NCBI GenBank assembly: GCA_031403155.1
Contig: JANNSX010000468.1
Span: 2,185 to 66,184, forward strand
DNA from: Hyphomicrobiaceae bacterium
GTDB lineage: Bacteria; Pseudomonadota; Alphaproteobacteria; Rhizobiales; Hyphomicrobiaceae
Direction of reading: 5' to 3'
Length of the DNA stretch: 64,000 nt
Shown: positions 60,259-64,000 of the stretch, piece after piece
How the letters are laid out: every line of letters begins with the position of its first letter
Position numbering within the stretch: the first letter of the stretch is position 1
Made by a program: the position numbers and the translations under genes
The notes under the pieces: model-generated
Told to the model about the DNA's origin: nothing
Database searches by the model: none
What the model saw: the letters and a program-made list of their open reading frames with translations, nothing else

Positions 60259-60881
60259 CGGTCGCTTTCGCTGGCAGAGGGCGCGGCGCCGGACACCAGA
60301 CCATCGAACGCCTGCCGTAGCCTCGACTTACCGCGGTTGATCAGCGTTGCGACCGTCCCCATGGGGATCTCGAGCACATCCGAGATCTCCTCATAGCTCA
60401 ACTCCTCAAGGTATCTGAGCACGAGCGCATCGCGATAGCGCGGCTCCAACACTGCGATGGCCGCATGCAATTGCTGCAGGCGTCGCTCGGCGTCGATGGC
60501 GTGCTGCGGGTCCTGGCCGTCGGTCAACGCCGCGAGCAGCCTGTCAGCGTCTTCGCCCGCGATCGCCGCTGGCTCGCGCCGCCGGCCGCGCAGCGCGTTC
60601 ATCGCCTCGTTGTGAGCGATCCGGTAGAGCCACGGACTGAAGGCGCGCCTGCGGTCGTAATCGTTGAGATTGACGTAGGCCTTGAGAAACGTTTCCTGCA
60701 GCACGTCGTCGATGTCGGCGCGGCTGTGGTCGAGCAGTCGCCCGACATAGCGGTGTAGGGGGGCCTCGAAGCGGCGGACCAGCATGGCATAGGCCTTCGC
60801 ATCGGTAAGTGCGGCGTCGACCAGCTGCCGGACGGCGTGCTCTTGTTCTTCGGGCATCGATGGTCGGTTGAGCGGTTGCAA
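60255..60881 (-). CDS. ECF-family RNA polymerase sigma factor
   Basis: Region 2 (DDVLQETFLKAYVNLNDYD...FSPWLYRIAHNEAMN) and region 4 (LSYEEISDVLEIPMGTVATLINRGKSRLR). The start is 60881 or 60857. Confidence 0.9.
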   Translation of the reverse strand: MQPLNRPSMPEEQEHAVRQLVDAALTDAKAYAMLVRRFEAPLHRYVGRLLDHSRADIDDVLQETFLKAYVNLNDYDRRRAFSPWLYRIAHNEAMNALRGRRREPAAIAGEDADRLLAALTDGQDPQHAIDAERRLQQLHAAIAVLEPRYRDALVLRYLEELSYEEISDVLEIPMGTVATLINRGKSRLRQAFDGLVSGAAPSASESDR

Positions 60882-61107
60882 GGCCGATACTTTAGCCCGG
60901 GAACGGGCCTCGGAATGGAGGGGCGAGCGCCGAGCCTGAGCCCGCCTCTGTGGATGTTACGGCCATGGCTTGTGTTTCTTTCACAGGCTTTGGCCATAAG
61001 CGTGTCGAAACGCCAAAAAATGCGCCGACCATTCGATCCCTCTACCACCGCCGGCGGTTGTTGTGCTAGCGTTGCACCCTCCACACCCCCATCAGAGGAG
61101 CACCCCC

Positions 61108-61890
61108 ATGACCGCGCAGTTCGATCGCATGGAGCCCAAGGGCCCCAAAGGCAAAGGCCTCGAGGATTGGGGCGGGATACCGGCCGCGAGCCTGGAGAGC
61201 GGCACGCCGCAGCAGTCGGGCTTCGGCTACCTCGACGAGAAGTCGACCGGCATGTCGGCCGGCGTGTGGGCCTGCACGGCGTTCACCGGCAAGATGGACG
61301 CATATTCGGTGCACGAGTTCATGACGCTCATCGAGGGCTCCGTCACCATCGTCCACCAGGACGGCTCGGAAGTGACCGTGAAGGCCGGCGAGAGCTTCTT
61401 CATTCCCAAGGGCACGGTCTGCCAGTGGAAGCAGCCGGGCAATGTGCGGAAGCATTACGTCATCTGGGACGACAAGTCGGGCGCTAGCCCCAAGGACGCC
61501 GGCAAGCTGCGCGCCGTCAAGGTCGACACCAAGCTCCCTCTCTCGGCCTGCGAGGGTCCCGATCCCAAGCTCGTCGTCAAGGGCACGCCGAAATGGGCGG
61601 AGACTCTCCTCTTCGCCGACCCGACCGGTCAGTGGACCGTGGGCTTGTGGTCGACGACGGCTTATGAGCGGAAAGTGATCCCCTTCCCGCGCCACGAGCT
61701 GATGCACATCCTGGAAGGCACGGTCACGCTCCACGACGGCCAGGGCCGCGAGGAGACCTTCAAGGCCGGCGACACGCTGTTCGTGCCGAAGGGCGCGCTG
61801 ATGGGCTGGAAGTGCTCGCAGGACGTGAAGAAGATATACTGCATCTTCCTCGAGAAGGCGAAGGCCGCGAAGTCGGAAGCGGCCGAGTAG
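61108..61890 (+). CDS. bicupin protein (two DUF861/EutQ-like cupin domains)
   Basis: Two repeats of the H-E-F/L-x-x-L/I-E-G...G(E/D)(S/T)(F/L)F(I/V)PKG pattern. AGAGGAG lies upstream of the ATG at 61108. Confidence 0.7.
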   Translation: MTAQFDRMEPKGPKGKGLEDWGGIPAASLESGTPQQSGFGYLDEKSTGMSAGVWACTAFTGKMDAYSVHEFMTLIEGSVTIVHQDGSEVTVKAGESFFIPKGTVCQWKQPGNVRKHYVIWDDKSGASPKDAGKLRAVKVDTKLPLSACEGPDPKLVVKGTPKWAETLLFADPTGQWTVGLWSTTAYERKVIPFPRHELMHILEGTVTLHDGQGREETFKAGDTLFVPKGALMGWKCSQDVKKIYCIFLEKAKAAKSEAAE

Positions 61891-61919
61891 GCATTGAGCG
61901 GGAGTGGTATCGCTCGTAG

Positions 61920-61956
61920 GCTGGGCTTCGGGACGCATAGCGTCCCGAAGCCCAGC
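61920..61956. terminator. 17-bp perfect hairpin between convergent genes
   Basis: gctgggcttcgggacgc / gcgtcccgaagcccagc with a 3-nt loop and no U-tract. A degenerate second copy of gctgggcttcg lies at 61980-61990. Confidence 0.4.
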
Positions 61957-62034
61957 GCTGCAAGCTCCGTGTTTGCGATGCTGGGCTTCGCCTTCGGCTC
62001 AGCGCCAGCCTACGCTCGGCTTACTACGCTCGGC

Positions 62035-62940
62035 TTACGCCCTCACCCCGTGCACCTCGGCATCGATGAGATCGACGAGCGCGTGGTCGAGGCCGAGCGC
62101 GCCTTCGAGCTGGCCGAGCCAGCGCCGCTCGGCCGGATGATCGGGATCGATCGTCATGCGGGCCGCCGTATAGACCTGGGCCCGGATCTCGGGCGTGCGG
62201 GCGGCGGCCGCAATCTCGGCGACCGTTGCCGGGCGCGCGACCTCCTGCTGCAGGAACGCCGACGCCTCCGCATCGATGCCGATCTTCGCGAAGCCGCCGA
62301 TGATCTTCTGCCGCTCGTCGGCGTCGATCGTGCCATCGGCGGCGGCGGCCGCGATCATGGCGCGCAGGTAGAGCACCGCATCCTCGTTCGTCTGCCGGCC
62401 GGGCTCGAAGCCTGAACCCGCAGGCGCGGCAGCGAGTGCTGCGCCCGTGTCGAGCGCGGGCTTGCCCGACTGATAGTTCTGATAGGCCTTGTAGGCGAGG
62501 CCGCCGACCAGCACGAGGCCGCCGAGCTTGGCCGCATCCCAGGTGAGGCCGCGCCCCGTCTTCGTGCCGAGGATGAGACCACCGAGCACGCCCGCGAGCG
62601 CGCCTGCCGCCGTCGGGTTCTTGGCGATCATGTCCTTGGCTTTCGCAACCAGATCGCCGGCGCCCTGGCCGCCCGAAAGCTGCCGCACCAGATCGTCGAT
62701 CTTGGTGCCGGCGCCGGTCGCCTGCTCGACGCGCCCGGCCGCATCCTTGACGCCCGAGGTGGCCTGGCCGAACACTTGGCGGGCCAGGTCGGCAGCGCCG
62801 CCAAGCCCGGCATTGCCGGCGCCCTGCTGCAGCTTGCCGAGCCATCCGCCGAGGACGTCCTGGCCCTCGCCGGACTCCGAGGGGACGGCCTGCGCCTTGC
62901 CGGCGACCATGGCGTCGAGAAGCTTCTTGGCATCGAACAT
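62035..62940 (-). CDS. DUF533/YebE, TerB-like tellurite-resistance family protein
   Basis: MFDAKKLLDAMV..., a central G/A-rich TM region and a C-terminal TerB-like domain (AMIAAAAADGTIDADERQKI). Confidence 0.75.
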   Translation of the reverse strand: MFDAKKLLDAMVAGKAQAVPSESGEGQDVLGGWLGKLQQGAGNAGLGGAADLARQVFGQATSGVKDAAGRVEQATGAGTKIDDLVRQLSGGQGAGDLVAKAKDMIAKNPTAAGALAGVLGGLILGTKTGRGLTWDAAKLGGLVLVGGLAYKAYQNYQSGKPALDTGAALAAAPAGSGFEPGRQTNEDAVLYLRAMIAAAAADGTIDADERQKIIGGFAKIGIDAEASAFLQQEVARPATVAEIAAAARTPEIRAQVYTAARMTIDPDHPAERRWLGQLEGALGLDHALVDLIDAEVHGVRA

Positions 62941-63204
62941 GGTGTGATCCTTCTTGCCGCCAGACTGCGGCTGTTGCAGCGCAGCATATATGGCGTATCG
63001 GCCGCGTTACAAGGATTGCGCGGCGTCGCTGCTCAACACCGATTTTCAGCGCATGCGCCGATTCGATCCAACATGGAGCTCAGCCATGCCCGCGGCTGGG
63101 GCTTTCTTCGTCTTCCAGGGGAAGACATAATTGCTGTGTAACACCGGCTTGACCCTAGCTGGCCCGCGCTTATGTGTGCGGGATAACCTCGTCTGGAGCC
63201 CCCC

Positions 63205-63702
63205 ATGCTGAAGCAAACGTTCGCCGCTCTTCTCGCGCTTTCGCTCTTGTCCGGCGCAGCCTACGCCGCCGGCTCGTCAACCACGACGACGCAAGAGCCT
63301 GCCGCCGCCGCCGATCCCTGGACGCAGAAGTGGGGCGATCTCGGCCCCGACTATGCTGCCGCCGAAGCGCTGGTGAAGGAAGAGAAGTTCGCGGAAGCCA
63401 TCACCGCGCTGGAAGCGTTGCCCAAGCAGGACGATCCGCGCGTCATCAACTACATCGCGTTCTCGCATCGCAAGATGGGGGAGACCGACAAAGCGATCGC
63501 GCTCTACACCAAGGCCCTCGAGATCGCGCCCGAGTTCACGCTGGCGCGCGAGTATCTGGGCGAGGCCTACCTCCAGGCCAAGGACATGGCGAAAGCCAAG
63601 GAGCAGCTCGCCGAGATCGAGAAGCTCTGCGGCAACCAGGATTGCGAGGAATACAAGGACCTCGCCGAGGACATCAAGAAGGCGGAGGCCGGTGCGAGCT
63701 GA
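63205..63702 (+). CDS. secreted TPR-repeat protein
   Basis: Signal peptide ending AAYA, and TPR-like helices (AIALYTKALEIAPEFTLAREYLGEAYLQAKDMAKA). Confidence 0.7.
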   Translation: MLKQTFAALLALSLLSGAAYAAGSSTTTTQEPAAAADPWTQKWGDLGPDYAAAEALVKEEKFAEAITALEALPKQDDPRVINYIAFSHRKMGETDKAIALYTKALEIAPEFTLAREYLGEAYLQAKDMAKAKEQLAEIEKLCGNQDCEEYKDLAEDIKKAEAGAS

Positions 63703-63714
63703 GCTTCATCTAGA

Positions 63715-63842
63715 GTGCTTCCGGAAAAGTGCGAAGCGGTTTTCCGATGAGAAGCACGGAAAACCAAGGACCTAGAGTGCTTCCGGAAAAAGCCTGTCCC
63801 GGCGAAGGCCGGGATCCGAAGCGGTTTTCCGATAAGAAGCAC
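63715..63842. repeat. two more copies of hairpin repeat family R2, the second carrying a nested 26-nt hairpin insert
   Basis: Copy at 63715-63757. In the copy at 63777-63842 the loop is replaced by agcctgtcccggcgaaggccgggatc (63791-63816). A related cctgtcccgcgaaagccggga lies at 63917-63940. Confidence 0.85.
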
Positions 63843-64000
63843 GACAAACCAAGGAATTAGGGTGCTGAAGTGATCGAACGAAAAACGGCAACACCCTAGG
63901 GCACGCTCCGGCGAGATCCTGTCCCGCGAAAGCCGGGATGGACATCGGATTGCCTTAAGATCGTGTTCAAGTCATCGAATCGAGAGCGGGATCTCGATGG

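Overview
High-GC (about 65%) chromosomal segment with the gene order typical of a Hyphomicrobiales/Rhizobiales-type alphaproteobacterium. All calls come from reading the ORF translations and the DNA by eye; no database search was run. The content is mostly core genome. It includes chvE-gguAB sugar uptake, the F0 ATP synthase operon atpI-B-E-F'-F, smc, two DsbA paralogs, a DciA-like protein, mutY, xseA, lpxK/waaA, and a cobalamin-riboswitch-controlled TonB receptor plus ABC importer. It also holds a RidA/DadA-like/isomerase cluster, a methylmalonyl-CoA mutase operon, a GGDEF-EAL protein and an ECF sigma cluster. I found no rRNA, tRNA, CRISPR array, transposase, integrase or prophage. The most unusual locus is the mutase operon, where three tandem GFA-family (Cys-rich zinc) genes sit between the small and large subunit genes, with 4-nt ATGA overlaps at most junctions across six genes. 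Other points of interest are an uncharacterised DUF1989-aminomethyltransferase fusion next to an isochorismatase-like gene with Ser in place of the nucleophile Cys, and a deletion scar joining a hydantoinase-like fragment to an SDR fragment. There are also three families of hairpin-forming intergenic repeats (one inside the atp operon, one MITE-like between dsbA and smc), a single-frame DUF374-WaaA ORF, and an uncharacterised ECF sigma-linked envelope module. None of these is proven novel from the sequence alone.
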